From: Schizochytrium sp. TIO01
Taxonomy: Eukaryota > Protista > Bigyra: Labyrinthulomycetes
NCBI GenBank assembly: GCA_004764695.1
Contig: SMSO01000025.1
Span: 3,658,001-3,722,000, forward strand
Reading direction: 5' to 3'
DNA: 64,000 nt
Shown here: piece after piece, positions 12,492-24,889 of the stretch
How positions within the stretch are numbered: position 1 is the stretch's first letter
Layout of the letters: every line of letters starts with the position of its first letter
Program-made: the position numbers and the translations under genes
The notes under the pieces: model-generated
What the model was told of the DNA's origin: nothing
Database searches by the model: none
What the model saw: the letters and a program-made list of their open reading frames with translations, nothing else

Positions 12492-13478
12492 ATGGTGGAG
12501 TCTAAAGAGCACAAGGAAGATGAGGAACAACCCTCACGTTTAAGGAGCAAAACACAAGAGGGAGAGCAAAACGAGGAGCAAGAGCGCGACATGCGCCACC
12601 TTGATGACAGAGACGTCAAACTGATTCGAGATTGCAAATACATTGCTCCCCGTACTGGTCCAACCAGGTTGATTGGTGTTTCGCCTGCTACAGAAGCGCA
12701 TCGCTCAAAACGGCACGACGATTTTGATGGGAATGCCCAGAACTTGGACCGCAAAAAGGAATTTTTGCGTGAGCAAGCCCTCGAAAAAGAACGCCAGTTC
12801 AAACGTAATGTATCTCATTTACGAACCCGTATTGAGGCTTTTAGAAATAGACTTGAGGCTGAGGTGAATCTGCGCGACGAGGAATATAAAGAGATGAAAG
12901 AGTCACTCGAGAATAATTTCGAAAATATGCGGACATGTGTAGATGAAGAAATCAATGCCTCAGTTGCTGTCATTGAGGAAGATTGGCTACCACCACCATC
13001 TCAACGCCTTGACGAGTGGAAAGCTGACTTTGACCACTTTGTTCACGTAACAGTACCGGAAACTATCGAAAACCAAAGTGGCCGCGTTACCCGGCACCTC
13101 ATTAAAGCACAAGAGACCTTTGAGATTGATAATGCTAAACTTCTGAAGCGCGAAAGTAAAATTGAGCAACGTTTTGCTACCCATGTCAAACAATCTGCAC
13201 AGAATATGACTGAAGTCATTCGAAAGCGAAAAGACTGCTTCCAGCGCCTAGAGGATGATATGGATGCTGCAGAGACAGAAGCACTTACATCCACGGATCG
13301 ACACGAAAAGCATTGCGAATCTCGTGTCACCGAGGTGGAAGATCTGCAGAGTGGTCTTGCAGGTATCCGCTCCAAGGCAGACTCACAACTCCTGATAGCT
13401 ATTGAGGAAGCGATGATTCGCCTGCAAAACTCTGTACTAACAAACTTTGGCAACAAGCCTATTGAGAATACAGAATGA
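12492..13478 (+). CDS. SF-assemblin/beta-giardin-like coiled-coil protein
   Basis: Non-helical head followed by a long coiled-coil rod. RIEAFRNRLEAEVNLRDEEYKEM and C-terminal AIEEAMIRLQNSV resemble striated-fibre assemblin. First ATG at 12492. Confidence 0.62.
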   Translation: MVESKEHKEDEEQPSRLRSKTQEGEQNEEQERDMRHLDDRDVKLIRDCKYIAPRTGPTRLIGVSPATEAHRSKRHDDFDGNAQNLDRKKEFLREQALEKERQFKRNVSHLRTRIEAFRNRLEAEVNLRDEEYKEMKESLENNFENMRTCVDEEINASVAVIEEDWLPPPSQRLDEWKADFDHFVHVTVPETIENQSGRVTRHLIKAQETFEIDNAKLLKRESKIEQRFATHVKQSAQNMTEVIRKRKDCFQRLEDDMDAAETEALTSTDRHEKHCESRVTEVEDLQSGLAGIRSKADSQLLIAIEEAMIRLQNSVLTNFGNKPIENTE

Positions 13479-13964
13479 CTTATTACATCTCTTTGCTATT
13501 AATACTTGCGGATTCTTATTTGTCTTTTCTTTTTGTTATCTTGTTGCTCCCAATATCAGGAAGCTATTGCAAATAATATATCAACCCTATTGGAGACCTT
13601 GTCTATTAGTCTAACTTCTATGATTCTACAAACTAGTTACCTACTTTCAATTATGGACTGCCTTTTTATCTGTATTTTTCATTTACTTTTTAAGATCTAC
13701 TACGTCGTCTCACTTTGCTTACCCCCCCCCCATCACGAATTGGGCTATTGGAAGCACTCCAACCTTTTCATCACTCCTTATGCCTGGCCAATTGGTTACT
13801 TGATACAAAGCCCTGGTACTTTGTGTGCACAGGCAAGTATATGTTAATTTGTACTTTAAAGAATGCTTGCTTACTTGACTTTTTTTCAAGGGAAGCTAAA
13901 CTGGTTACAAAACATAAAGGATAGATGAAATCAACATTACAAAACAAAAGGAGTACTAACTGTT

Positions 13965-15200
13965 CTATTTCATGGGCGCATAAGCAAAGGTGAGGTATCC
14001 AGTATGGCCCTTCTGGCGGTCATATGGAAGTACTACACGGTCAGCACAAATATACTCTTTTTCTTGCAGAGGTCGAGCACATTTTTCAATGATCTCAGCA
14101 ACTGATGAATCGAGAGTAGATGTTTGAAACGGGCGCATGTCAACCTTTTGTTTCTTTGCTTCAAGACGCTGACGCTTAGCATCTGCGTCGCCACCCTTGT
14201 CGTTACGGCTCGAAAGACGCTGGAGCTCCTCCTTTTCTTCGGCAGATTGAAAGCATACTGGCACAGTGGTTTTAATCTTTGTGATTCGGTACTCTCGCGG
14301 AAGGCATTCTAGCGTCATGAAGCCAGAAAACCCAAGCTTACCTAGCATTGACACGGAGCGCTGGACCTGCTCAATACACGGTGAGAATGTGCAGATGCGT
14401 CCAAAGGGTTTAATGACCTTCATCGCATGCGGGATGGCCAGCCACGGCGCGGGCAAGTCAAGGAAGACCGCATCAACCTTGCCCTCAAGCCCCTCACCAA
14501 AGCCATTCTCATACACGTTTGCATGTGAGCAGTTGATCACATCGTCAAGCTTAGCCTCCGCAAAATCCTGCTTTGCAGCCTTGACACGCGATTCGTTAAA
14601 CTCAAAGGTGTGAACACGACCATGAGGTGCTACAGCACGAGCAAGGAAATTTGTAAGACAACCTGAACCAGTTCCCGACTCTACGACAATACTTCCCGGG
14701 CGCAGGTGCAGGTGGGAAGCCACCATAGCATTGTCTAGCGGATACATGATGGCTGTGCGGCGCTGTACAGCATCACACCACAGCTCCGGGGTCATGGGCA
14801 GCAAAGTAACATAGCCTCCAACCTGCACAAGGGCAGGCTCGCTGCGAGACGTGCGTCCTCGTTTGCGCTGGTTCATGTTGTTTCTCATTGGTTGAAGTCT
14901 CGACCCATATCTTTTGCCAATGAAATGATCCATATGAAAGGTGCCGAGTCTGTGCTCGAAAGTCTCGCCGCTCTTGACCTTAATTCTGTTGATGTTTGTG
15001 TGATTCTCAAAGATGATAACGACGTCGCCTTCTTTGATGATTTCGCCTTCTCTCACGAAGGGGCCAAGGTTGGTAATATCCTCAGGCACAGCGCTTGTTG
15101 CCGCCGCAACCTCTGCTGACGTTTCAGGAGCAGCATCAACCTCCACCTCGACCTCGACCTCGTTGGTGCTGGCAGCTGGTGGTTCTGCGATGGCCTCCAT
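13965..15200 (-). CDS. TRM61: tRNA (adenine58-N1)-methyltransferase catalytic subunit
   Basis: RRTAIMY, VVESGTGSG (SAM motif), VHTFEF, DAVFLDLPAPW, FSPCIEQV and GHTGYLTFA are GCD14/TRM61 signatures. Confidence 0.96.
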   Translation of the reverse strand: MEAIAEPPAASTNEVEVEVEVDAAPETSAEVAAATSAVPEDITNLGPFVREGEIIKEGDVVIIFENHTNINRIKVKSGETFEHRLGTFHMDHFIGKRYGSRLQPMRNNMNQRKRGRTSRSEPALVQVGGYVTLLPMTPELWCDAVQRRTAIMYPLDNAMVASHLHLRPGSIVVESGTGSGCLTNFLARAVAPHGRVHTFEFNESRVKAAKQDFAEAKLDDVINCSHANVYENGFGEGLEGKVDAVFLDLPAPWLAIPHAMKVIKPFGRICTFSPCIEQVQRSVSMLGKLGFSGFMTLECLPREYRITKIKTTVPVCFQSAEEKEELQRLSSRNDKGGDADAKRQRLEAKKQKVDMRPFQTSTLDSSVAEIIEKCARPLQEKEYICADRVVLPYDRQKGHTGYLTFAYAPMK

Positions 15201-15981
15201 TTTGCTCTGTATAAGTGCGCAAGTGCGTTTATCGTACGCCAGTTATGACTAGAGCTGTTGAGCTTCCTTTCCTACTTGGATGCTCGGTAGTCGACACGAT
15301 GTCGTGGAGAAAAACTCCTCCCTGCGATAGAGGAGCTACTTCCTTGCTTTGGCCTCTCAGCTGCTCTGCCTTTGATTTATTTATTTGATGACCAAGCATT
15401 TGGTATGACTCATTAATAAACTCCTACCTATAGCTTGAACTAGCCTCTCCTGCAATATAGAGAGTAAGCATGAAATAATTCGGAAGTCTGACAATGCAAA
15501 ACAGAACATAGAGATTGATTTACCAGAATACCAGAAGAGGCCTGCTCACATGGTTTATTGAACAGCGCAGAGACCGCTGGAGGAGCCTAACACATTTGAC
15601 ATATTTCAAGCAATTATGTTTGAAAACATCATTTTTTTTTTGGGGGGGGGGGGGAATTAAAATTGAGAAGATTAAGATCAGAATAAGAAATTGCGATGAG
15701 ACGGAACGCCGACCAGAGAAAAGGGAGAATCTTCTGATAAAGTAAACGACAGTATCATTGAAAACTAAAGGTATTACAAGGCTTAGATATAGGAAAATGT
15801 TTGTTTGTTTGTTTGTTTTACTTTTTTAACGATGAAAAAGAATGTGCAGTTTACATATAATTTGGGATAGTAAAGCTAAACGCCTTCATGATCATTTTTT
15901 TCCATGAAATGATGAAATTCGGAGATACTCTTCATAGAAAGGCGTATGTCATGATCTTACAGGTAAGTAGCAGGTGTGGAT

Positions 15982-17370
15982 TTAGTATTCGAAGTCACGG
16001 TACTCACCAAGCACACGAGGTGCAATGAGTGTCCAGATGTAGAGCAGCATGGTGAGCCATTGAGTGACAATCTTAACCCACATGGTAGCAAGGCCGATAG
16101 TTCCAGTTTCGTTACCATGAGCGTTGTCAGAGGCACCCCAGTTGGTGAGAAGCATGCCCATATACATCGAAGCGCCCATAAGGACAAGGTGGAAGATCCA
16201 GATGTTCTCTGCAGAAGTTGACTCCTCATCAGCATGCTCGTAAGTGCCTGTTTCAACGCGGGACTCGTTGCCATTATCACCTTCAACAGTGTAAAGAGGT
16301 GTGGCAGCTTCTGAGTTCTTGATGGATTCCGAACCTGTGACAAGGCCCTCAATTGAGTTCGAGACGGACATTGTGGTCCACATGAGTGAAACAGTGGCTA
16401 CGATAATACCAATGATAAGATTAGCGACATGGTTGCTGCTTGTCTGGTGGCCCGGGGCACATACTGGGTCCGGGTGGGAGGCCAAAGCGGACCAGGCGAG
16501 GTAGGTCGAGTACGCTGCAACAACGGCAGCAGGAAGGATAGCTCCTTCCTCGCCCACCAGGCGATCTCTGAACAGTGTAACAGCTGTGAAAACAATGATA
16601 CCGAGCAGGGTCAACGAGGAGAATACCACACCAGGGGCACATTCGCCATAGAAGGTAAACAGTAATGGAATTCCGACGAGGCAGACAAGGTAAAGAACCG
16701 CGGCCGATCCAAGGATAGAGAAAAGCCAGAAGCGGTTTTCCTCTCCGACGGAAGGGAAAGCAAGCTCAACCATGCGGTCGTTTACCTGGTAGCTAAAGTC
16801 GATGAGAATAAGAATTTGTAGCAAGAGGAATCCGACAGACCCAATGCGTGCGAGCCATGCATATCCAGAGTTGTCAAAAAAGGAGTTTGAGACAAAGAAG
16901 GAAATCAGCAATGCAAAGAAGAGACCGAAGAGCTTGAAAGCCCACCAGCCGCGTGTCGTGCGACCGTTGTCAAAGAAGGAAACGAATGTCATAATACCAA
17001 AGAACCCTGCCAAAACAGCGCTGATACGGTAAACTGCGGCATCGCCCTTACAGTAGACGTAGTAGTCCTGGTCCTTCGTAAACTCGAAGCCAGCAAAACT
17101 AGTACCAGGCACGAGGCTGTGACGGTCATCTTTAGATGAACAGTGCACCTCCCAGGCACCAAAATCGAGACCAAGATCGTCTCCGTTGTACCTAAAGAAC
17201 AAGGCCAGGAGCGTTCCGAGGCCTAGAAGTACAACGTAAAAAGTCTTCGCTGTCTGCAGGCTGAGAGATCCTGCTGCGTTCATACAACAGCTGGCACATG
17301 TTGTCGCACAGATTACAGTATTGCACGCGAGGGAGGCTAAAGAGGCCGCCGTGCTCACGAGAGCGCCCAT
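15982..17370 (-). CDS. SERINC: Serine incorporator (SERINC/TMS1) membrane protein
   Basis: Cys-rich N-terminus, C.G..AVYRIS, GWWAFK, LQILILIDF, FHLVLMGASMYMGMLLTNW and WVKIVTQW...YIWTLIAP..L..RDF; multiple TM segments. Confidence 0.95.
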   Translation of the reverse strand: MGALVSTAASLASLACNTVICATTCASCCMNAAGSLSLQTAKTFYVVLLGLGTLLALFFRYNGDDLGLDFGAWEVHCSSKDDRHSLVPGTSFAGFEFTKDQDYYVYCKGDAAVYRISAVLAGFFGIMTFVSFFDNGRTTRGWWAFKLFGLFFALLISFFVSNSFFDNSGYAWLARIGSVGFLLLQILILIDFSYQVNDRMVELAFPSVGEENRFWLFSILGSAAVLYLVCLVGIPLLFTFYGECAPGVVFSSLTLLGIIVFTAVTLFRDRLVGEEGAILPAAVVAAYSTYLAWSALASHPDPVCAPGHQTSSNHVANLIIGIIVATVSLMWTTMSVSNSIEGLVTGSESIKNSEAATPLYTVEGDNGNESRVETGTYEHADEESTSAENIWIFHLVLMGASMYMGMLLTNWGASDNAHGNETGTIGLATMWVKIVTQWLTMLLYIWTLIAPRVLGEYRDFEY

Positions 17371-18454
17371 GATATCAATCTGCTTTTTGGCTTGCTAATT
17401 GATCGTATCCTAAGCACACTTGCTAGGTCTCCAATGCAATCAATGTTCAGAGATCTCGAGTTTACTGCACCAACTCCGCACCAAGATCGTTGTATGGCTC
17501 AGTCGTGGCAAGGCAAAGCACGGTAAGGTAAGGCAAGGCAATGCACGAGCGCGGACACGAAGCAGCAGAGACTCGCAGAAGAAAGAAAGAAAGAAAGAAA
17601 GAGCGTCGGAAAACCTAAAGAACTAAGGCTGCCAAAGTCCGCCTCAAACCTGCACCAGAGGGCAGTGAACGGGGGGAGTTTGGTCAGATTTTCCTCTGCA
17701 GTCCACACCCGATGCTCCGCAGCGACGCAGCACTCGGCCCGCCAGCCTGCTTGCTCGCTTGCTCGCTCGTTCGCTCGCTCGCTCGCACAAAAAGGATCTG
17801 GGTGGGATGGACTTTGCCGATTTAGTGATTTAGTTTCTTTTCTCTCTCTGTTTCTAAGTTCAGAACTTCTTACACTTCAGCCGTGCCGAAGGAAGGACTT
17901 AGCTAAACAAAACCGACCTGGAGACCAACTGACGAACGAACATACCAGGTGTCTCGCTCGCTGCCCACGCCCTGCCTGGCCAGCACCCACTGTAAGTAAG
18001 CCTCGCTGGGCCAAGGTCCCGGTGAACACAGAAAAGGAGATGGAGAAGTAGCTTGAGAATGAGAGTGCAGTTGCGTTTTTAATGAGTACAGCGCATTTGT
18101 TATTACCAAAGTTTTGTTTTGTTTTGTTTTGTTTCCTTCTTTTTCCTCTCTTTTGGTTGATAAAGGAAAAGTCTTTCAAGCACTAGGAGCTGAGGGGTTA
18201 TACTTAATCTAAACTGGTAAGAGCCCCCTTTTCACCGTTTTTTTTGTTGAGTTTAGGCTTCTTTGGATTTCTTGCTTCTGAAGTCCCTTAGCGAAGTACT
18301 TCCTTCTTCTTCTTCTGCTTTCTTCTTTCAGCATGATTGGCAGCATGATCTTCAGGTGAATTACAAGCAAGCATCAATCAGGATCGTGCAGCATTTGGCC
18401 ACTGCCTCAATGATCGCATGTAATATGACAAGCACCTGAACTTGCAGAGTCCAT

Positions 18455-20926
18455 TTGGCTCAGCACCATTTGTTACTAATGAGCATGTATGTTACTTCTA
18501 CTGTTATTATTTATGATAGCTGGAGAAGTAGCGAGAATGAGCGTGATAATGACATGAATTTGGTAACAAATGAAAATGCTGATTGCCAGATCAAGCACCC
18601 GCAAAAGATTCACCTGGACCCAGAGGTCCGGGCTCCCACCTATAAGTTTTATGATGGTGAAGAGCTCCAACTTCGCCTGTGGCCAGCCATTGGAATGATA
18701 GGGTATAATAGTCTTGTTTGCCTGAATCCTTGTTGCTCGAAGAATATTCAGGTAAGTGCAGCTGACCATCAGGCAACCAGGACTCGCGACTACTTGAGGT
18801 AAACATTCTTGTAGAGAAAAATGGAGCCTACAAGAGAGGTCAGATCTTAAGCAAGCTGCAAAATTGGAAGGGCAGGCACTTTAAACAAATCACACATTCT
18901 CCGTGGAGTTTTCCTGCTGCGAGAAGAACATTGAAGTACAGAACAAAATGAGTAAGATTCAACCATGATCATAAAAGTAGGATCGGGTGATAATGCTTTC
19001 TAAACTTTTGCCCAGGTATATATTGTTCTTGTCCAGAGAGGTTAGAGTGTAGTTGATGTAACCTGAGATCTTTGAAGCCTTCTGACAAATTCATGGCGAT
19101 ATGCAGTCTTGGTAATTTCTGTTCCCTTGCCTCACGCTTAGTTACAAGATAAGAAAGAAGCTGGACGATACCATGTTGCGCTTATAGGTTAGTCTTCCTT
19201 GGTCTCTAAACGCACCTGCGTATTGCTTACTTGTTACGTTGAAGTCGTGATTACGAATATTCACCAAAAGTTGGCATTTTGATGTTGCAGCCATGGCATC
19301 CAGTCATATATTAAAGCAGCTTGAAAACCCATCATGGTAAAAGTGATAACGAGCATCCTTATCTCTGTGGTTGTGCATTGTGGAACTTAATCCCAATATT
19401 TCACGATCAGTGTGATTTGTTTAAACAATGTAAACTAACATTTCGATAACCGTTAATGACCAATAATGTGCACGGGTTGAATTTGAAGAATCTTTTGTTG
19501 ATCATGATGACAAGAGAATAAAGGCATCAACTCTTTTCTCTTCATGCTATTGGAAATAATTAAATTTAATTTGTAAATGACTTACAAATGGGAGTTCCAA
19601 AATCAAGGCTATGTAGGTGAAAGTAAATTAAGCTTCTATTGCAAGTACATCAATGCTAGCTATTGTAAGCGTAATGTATGCGTCTGAATAATTCAGGAGA
19701 GGTATTATCGATTTGCTCCCTTAAATTTGCTCCCCCGAAAATCAATCAATTAAAACAAAATTTAATTGTTAGTCACGTAAATCAACTATTGCGTCTTGAA
19801 TGGGAAGTATTTCTTCTCTATTCGCTTGCCTCTAGCACTACTTCAACTTTATTCAACCCGTTTCTGCACATTTTAGGTCACATTACACAAGTGAAAGTAG
19901 GAAAGAAACTGCGAAACAACTTGACAAAGCAATTCGTAATGCCCACCTCAAAAGGATTAACGTAGACTTTCTATTATTCATTTCAAAGAAAATCTAAAAC
20001 GAGAGATTTTACAGCTGAGGGCCTTCTATCCTTCAAAAACCATTTCCATGAGCTCAATCCAGTTATTTTAACACTTGATAAAGAAATTAAGGCATCAAAT
20101 TTAGCAAACCAAAAGAAGCGTATTTTAAAACACTGATGAAAGTATGTCATGAATGGTCAAATTTATTTCAGAAAATATTTCCGTCTTAAGCAAAGGTTAA
20201 AGGAAACCAAATCTCTGCTTTCTGGCTACGCATCGCTGGATTGTAGTAGACTGACTGACGCTTTTGAATCATTTGAATGAGGAATCTATCAGAGTTCACA
20301 TCATCACGACCTGTATTATTTCTTGCAATTCTTTCCAGAGAAGTTTGCTAATCAGGCAATCACGACACCATTGTGTGTGGTGGTCTTCTGGAGGCTTTTG
20401 GTATCATATACCACGATTCGGAGTTGCTGAATATATTTAGTAAGAGAATCTATTACTAGATGCCTAAATTATGTTTGATAAGCAAAGCTCTCGCCGATTC
20501 CGTGAGCATAGCAAACTACCGGAGCTGCATTGGAAGGCTACCATGCTTCTCAAACGTGAGTTTACCGCCAACTGATGACAGCATTGCTTATTAAGACATG
20601 TTATAGCTGCAAAAAAAGCAGTAGAAGCACCAAAAACGGTGATTACTTGCAACGCAAATGGAGAAAATTCAATAAAAGAAGAACACCTTGCGAGAAGAAA
20701 AACACCTGCGGTAACCATAGTAGCAGCGTGAATTAGTGCAGAAACGGGAGTAGGACCTTCCATAGCGTCAGGCAACCAAGTATGCAACCCTAGCTGCGCT
20801 GATTTACCAACAGATGTTATAAGTGATGGAATGAATCTTTTTTTTAACTTAGAACGCACCAAGCAGCAATCTGCATTATTCCTGTCGCGTAGATTGGGCA
20901 CAATGACTAAAGTAAACATTGAATAG
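18455..20926 (+). pseudogene. Decayed reading frames of an unidentified (possibly transposon-derived) gene, interrupted by a NUMT
   Basis: Protein-like stretches broken by stops, e.g. 18455-18802, about 20005-20430, and a frame that is restored across the NUMT when the insert is removed. Confidence 0.35.
20606..20813 (-). pseudogene. nad5: NUMT: nuclear copy of a fragment of mitochondrial NADH dehydrogenase subunit 5
   Basis: Translates to [69 protein letters not shown], the conserved ND5 core. Similarity stops abruptly at both ends. Flanked by ATGTTATA at 20598-20605 and 20814-20821. Confidence 0.95.
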
Positions 20927-23900
20927 GAAACCATTCAAATAATAACCAAAAGTAATCTATCTTCAACAGTGCCAAAATACAACTAACCTGTCAGCTACAT
21001 CTTTTGGAAACCCATGTGCTGCCTTTTGAAACGAAAATAACTAGTAAAACTGGTCGTGTTGCTATCATTTCTCGGGTGACAACCTTTCATCCATCATCTC
21101 GATCATATTCTAAAGTGTACAAAACTATGTACCCTATGACAGTACGAGATCCATAGGTGAAAATGGTTCTGATTTCTCGAATTCTCTAAAGAATTAAATT
21201 TGCACTTATATCAAAGTTTGATATTCAATTTGAATGCGTACCTTTTGAACCAGGAAGGCCTGTTGTGCTCTGCTCCTTTCCTATATGTAGCGAGCCACAG
21301 TTTTAAATGATATAAGAATCGCTCTCACCACGGAGTGCTCAATCCTAATGAATGTATTACTTCATTCAATCCACAAGGTAGGGTCAGAAGCTTGATAGAG
21401 TAATATTTTCTTTACTTTTTACTTTCAGTCATTGTAATCGAGCTCTGCCATCGTGCCAATTCCCTATTTTCTCATACACTCAATAGAAAGGTTTCTTGAA
21501 CTCTTTGATGTCATACTTTGAGCACTGACTTGATGGAGATTCTAGTTCAAGTGCCGAAAATCTAGAGCAAGGTATCCACATCCCAAAGCTCGACGGAAGG
21601 TCTTTCAATGACAGTCTCTTACCCTCCAAATTACACGAGTTCGAGATTTCCCCCCACCATCCTAGAAAAGATAAATTTTCCACACGCTGCTTCACAAGGT
21701 CTCCAAGGAAATCAATAAATAGCTATCTCGAGTAGGCCAGGGTGATTACCACCAACACATATATTTCAATAGTTGAGAGTGCCTGGCCACCTACTTGCTA
21801 CTACTCGTAGATGCATTTGGATACCATGCAATTTTCTTACTCCAACATGGTCTTTTGTGGCAATCCTTAGAATAGGCAAACTACCTTTTCCCTACAAAGC
21901 AAGAATATCAATGATTATCCATGCTTAATCGTTTCCTCTAGCTAGAGTACAGTTCAGGAATAGAACTCAACTCAGCTCTTCTCGAAGTTGCAAAGGTCCG
22001 AAGAACCGCGACACCCTCACGAAAGCAAAGCGTGCCTTTGCGAGTTCCTTCGAGTTTGACTCCCACAATCAAGAAACATTCAAAACACCTTTCAACTACA
22101 CAATCCACGCCCCAGAAGAACTTCCCCAAATCGAATTGATCAAAGAGCGAGCGAAAGTCCAATGATTCTTCTGAAATTGACAAACTCAGACTCTGCCGCA
22201 CCGCGATGGTGTCTCTTCTTCTTCTTCTTACTGCTCCCACAAAGTGCTAGTACCATCCTACTATTTCCAGTACCAGTCCAGTTTGCGGAACCCCAAATCG
22301 AATTCACTATCTCGCTTCCTCCAATCCGCCTTTATGGCCTTGTAGTAGAAATAGTCTCCTCAGAGCTGCAGAGAACATTGTTCTCATCACCCATATAGAT
22401 AGGTATAGATAGGTTCAACCTAGGTGCCTATAGATAAGCAGAAAAGGAAAAAGGAAAACCTCAGAAGAACCTGAGAAGCAACAGCGTCGATTGATCTAGA
22501 GAAAGCCTCCTTGGTGCGTAGCTTCTTTTGAGCTAGCCTCCGGCTTGAGTAAGCAGGTGCCGACGTGCCTTAAACCCCAATACTGCGCGGCCTCGAGACA
22601 CCCAGGAACCCTCCTCAGGCGGCTTCGAGAGTTTTCAAGAAAGAGAGAAACAATGATTTAATTCCAAGAAAGCCACAGAAGCAGAAGGAAAACACGCACT
22701 TACTCACTCTCCTGAGTTAAATACACTTCGGAGCGCTAAGACTCTCTATTGCATTATAGGAGCGAAGTGCACTAAATTTCGATTAAAATACAGTGAAAGA
22801 AGAATAGCACTAACCCTCTGCTAAGGAATAGTGTAGTATAATGGAAAAGGACAGTGAGAAGGAAAAGAAAAGAAAAGGAAAGAAAAGGAAAGAAAAGGAA
22901 AAGCTTTCTTTTTTTCTTTCCTTTGTTATTGCTTTCTTTCTGTCGGTCATTCATTGTAATTGCAGAAATTGACACGACGATCGTAAACTTACGCAGAACC
23001 CTCAGTCTGTGGCAGGTTATCGTCATATTGGGTTTCATCTGTTTGCCTGCTAGAAAAGTTCTGACCTTCTTCGCGAATCGAGATGGTTTTTGATACCCAA
23101 TTATTGACTGAATGAAGACCTGATGATCACAATGTCTTTCTCTATTTCTTTGTCTTTTCTTTTTCTCATGGCTTCTATTTTTTCCTTTTCTTTTCTTTTT
23201 GCCTGCCCTGTAATCAACTTGACAGAACTTCAAAGAAACCGGGCTGATCTTCTCGCCACAGTAGACTTTACCAGCACTGCAAATGAGGTATACCCTCCAA
23301 AGTGACTTATAGAGAGACTCCACACTAGAGCAAACTCATCAAGAAAGAAAAGACGTCCCCCCGCCGCACCTGCTACCACTCCTTATCAGAGTCCTACCCC
23401 TCTGCTTTGCTCTGCAGCACTTACTACAAGCCTATAGAGAGGCCCTTCTCTACTATGGCTGGAGCTGCTTAGTTAGTGGCTGGCAGGGATAGCGCCTCTC
23501 CCTTATGCAAAACACTAGCAGTGGCAATGCTTTCAAGATAGACGAGAATGAGGACTAGGAATCCAATTGATTGAAGTGAGCGCGATGCATCAATCAAACA
23601 AAGTCTGCACAGCCAGCACGTCAAGACCGATGCTGCTCCGGAGGAGCTTCGGGCGAGCGCCACCTTCGAGAGCTTGCGCTTGTCGCAAGTTTATTGCAAT
23701 AGACCAATGTTCAACGAATGAATTGGTCAAGTGACGAATTGTGGATGGCACTGGCGTTCTTCGTTGACTCACTCACTCATTGCATTGATCTAATATTTGG
23801 TAGGCTATAAACGATAGTATACGATAGTATACGATAGTATGTTGGGTTTTATAATTGAACAATTGAATAGTCAATCTGTCTGTGGAGGGAGTTATTTCTT

Positions 23901-23938
23901 TGCCTGCGAACTACGGATAGTTTGGTCTGTCTATCTGT

Positions 23939-24015
23939 TCATTCATTCATTCACTCATTCATTCACTCATTCATTCACTCATTCACTCATTCACTCATTC
24001 ACTCATTCACTCATT
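23939..24015 (+). repeat. Compound (ATTC/ACTC)n microsatellite
   Basis: Read directly. Confidence 0.85.
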
Positions 24016-24562
24016 GATTGTTTTTTTAATTTTGATGGCATTCTTCACCTCAAAGTGAAGAATGCGGTCTTCTACATCGATACGAGCAGCGCAAGTTGAA
24101 GAACGAAGAACGAATGCAGGAATGGAGAAATCCTTGCGGCACTTCCCGTGGCAGAGAGTGCGGAGCGAGGATGCACAGAAGACGCAGAAGACGCCGCAGA
24201 AGAGTCAGAGTCAGAGTCAGAAGCAGAGTCAGAGTCAGAAGCAGAAGCAGAAGAAGAAGAGTCTCATCTCACAACTGCGATGAGGAAAGCGGAGAAGAAG
24301 AGGAAGTGAAAGAAAACAGCGAAAGAAAAACAGAAAAGAGAGAGAGAGAAAGGAAAGTCCAGAAAAGGAGAGACGAATAGAAGCACAGTAGGCGACACTA
24401 GCAGTTGACTAGGTGGCTAGTGGCTATCTAGTTAGGCAGAAAGACAGAGAGAAAGAAAGAAAGAAAAGAAAGAAAAGAAAGAAAGACAGAAAGAAAGGGG
24501 AATGAAGAGGGACTACGGAAATGGAGAATATGAATAGAGAGAAAGCAGAGAGAGCAATTGAT

Positions 24563-24631
24563 GTATAATAAGTTGATAAGTATAATAAGTTGATAAGTAT
24601 AATAAGTTGATAAGTATAATAGTTGATAAGT
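24563..24631 (+). repeat. 17-bp minisatellite GTATAATAAGTTGATAA x4
   Basis: Three perfect copies plus one with a 1-bp deletion. Confidence 0.92.
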
Positions 24632-24889
24632 GTATTATTTGTTTGTTTGTTTGTTTGTTTACTGTAGGTAAAGTTTACTCTTTCCTCACTCAGTGTTGTG
24701 AGGATAAGTATATATAAAGTAAAGAAAAAGAAATCGAAATCGAAATCGAAGTCAGAAGGAGAAAAGGAGGGCAGCAGAGCCGCACGGACTCGCAGCAGAC
24801 GCGAGCCACGCCCCGCGAGCGAACTCCGCAGCGCACGCAAAGAAGCACACAGACAGCAGACAGGCGGAAGCGCCCCTCGCTCGAACAGA

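Noticed and set aside
20464-20934. 156-aa ORF as a functional nuclear nad5 gene
   Set aside because: Only about 69 codons match ND5; the flanks are unrelated sequence read through by chance.
24563-24631. CRISPR-like array
   Set aside because: Head-to-tail repeats without spacers, eukaryotic context, no cas genes.
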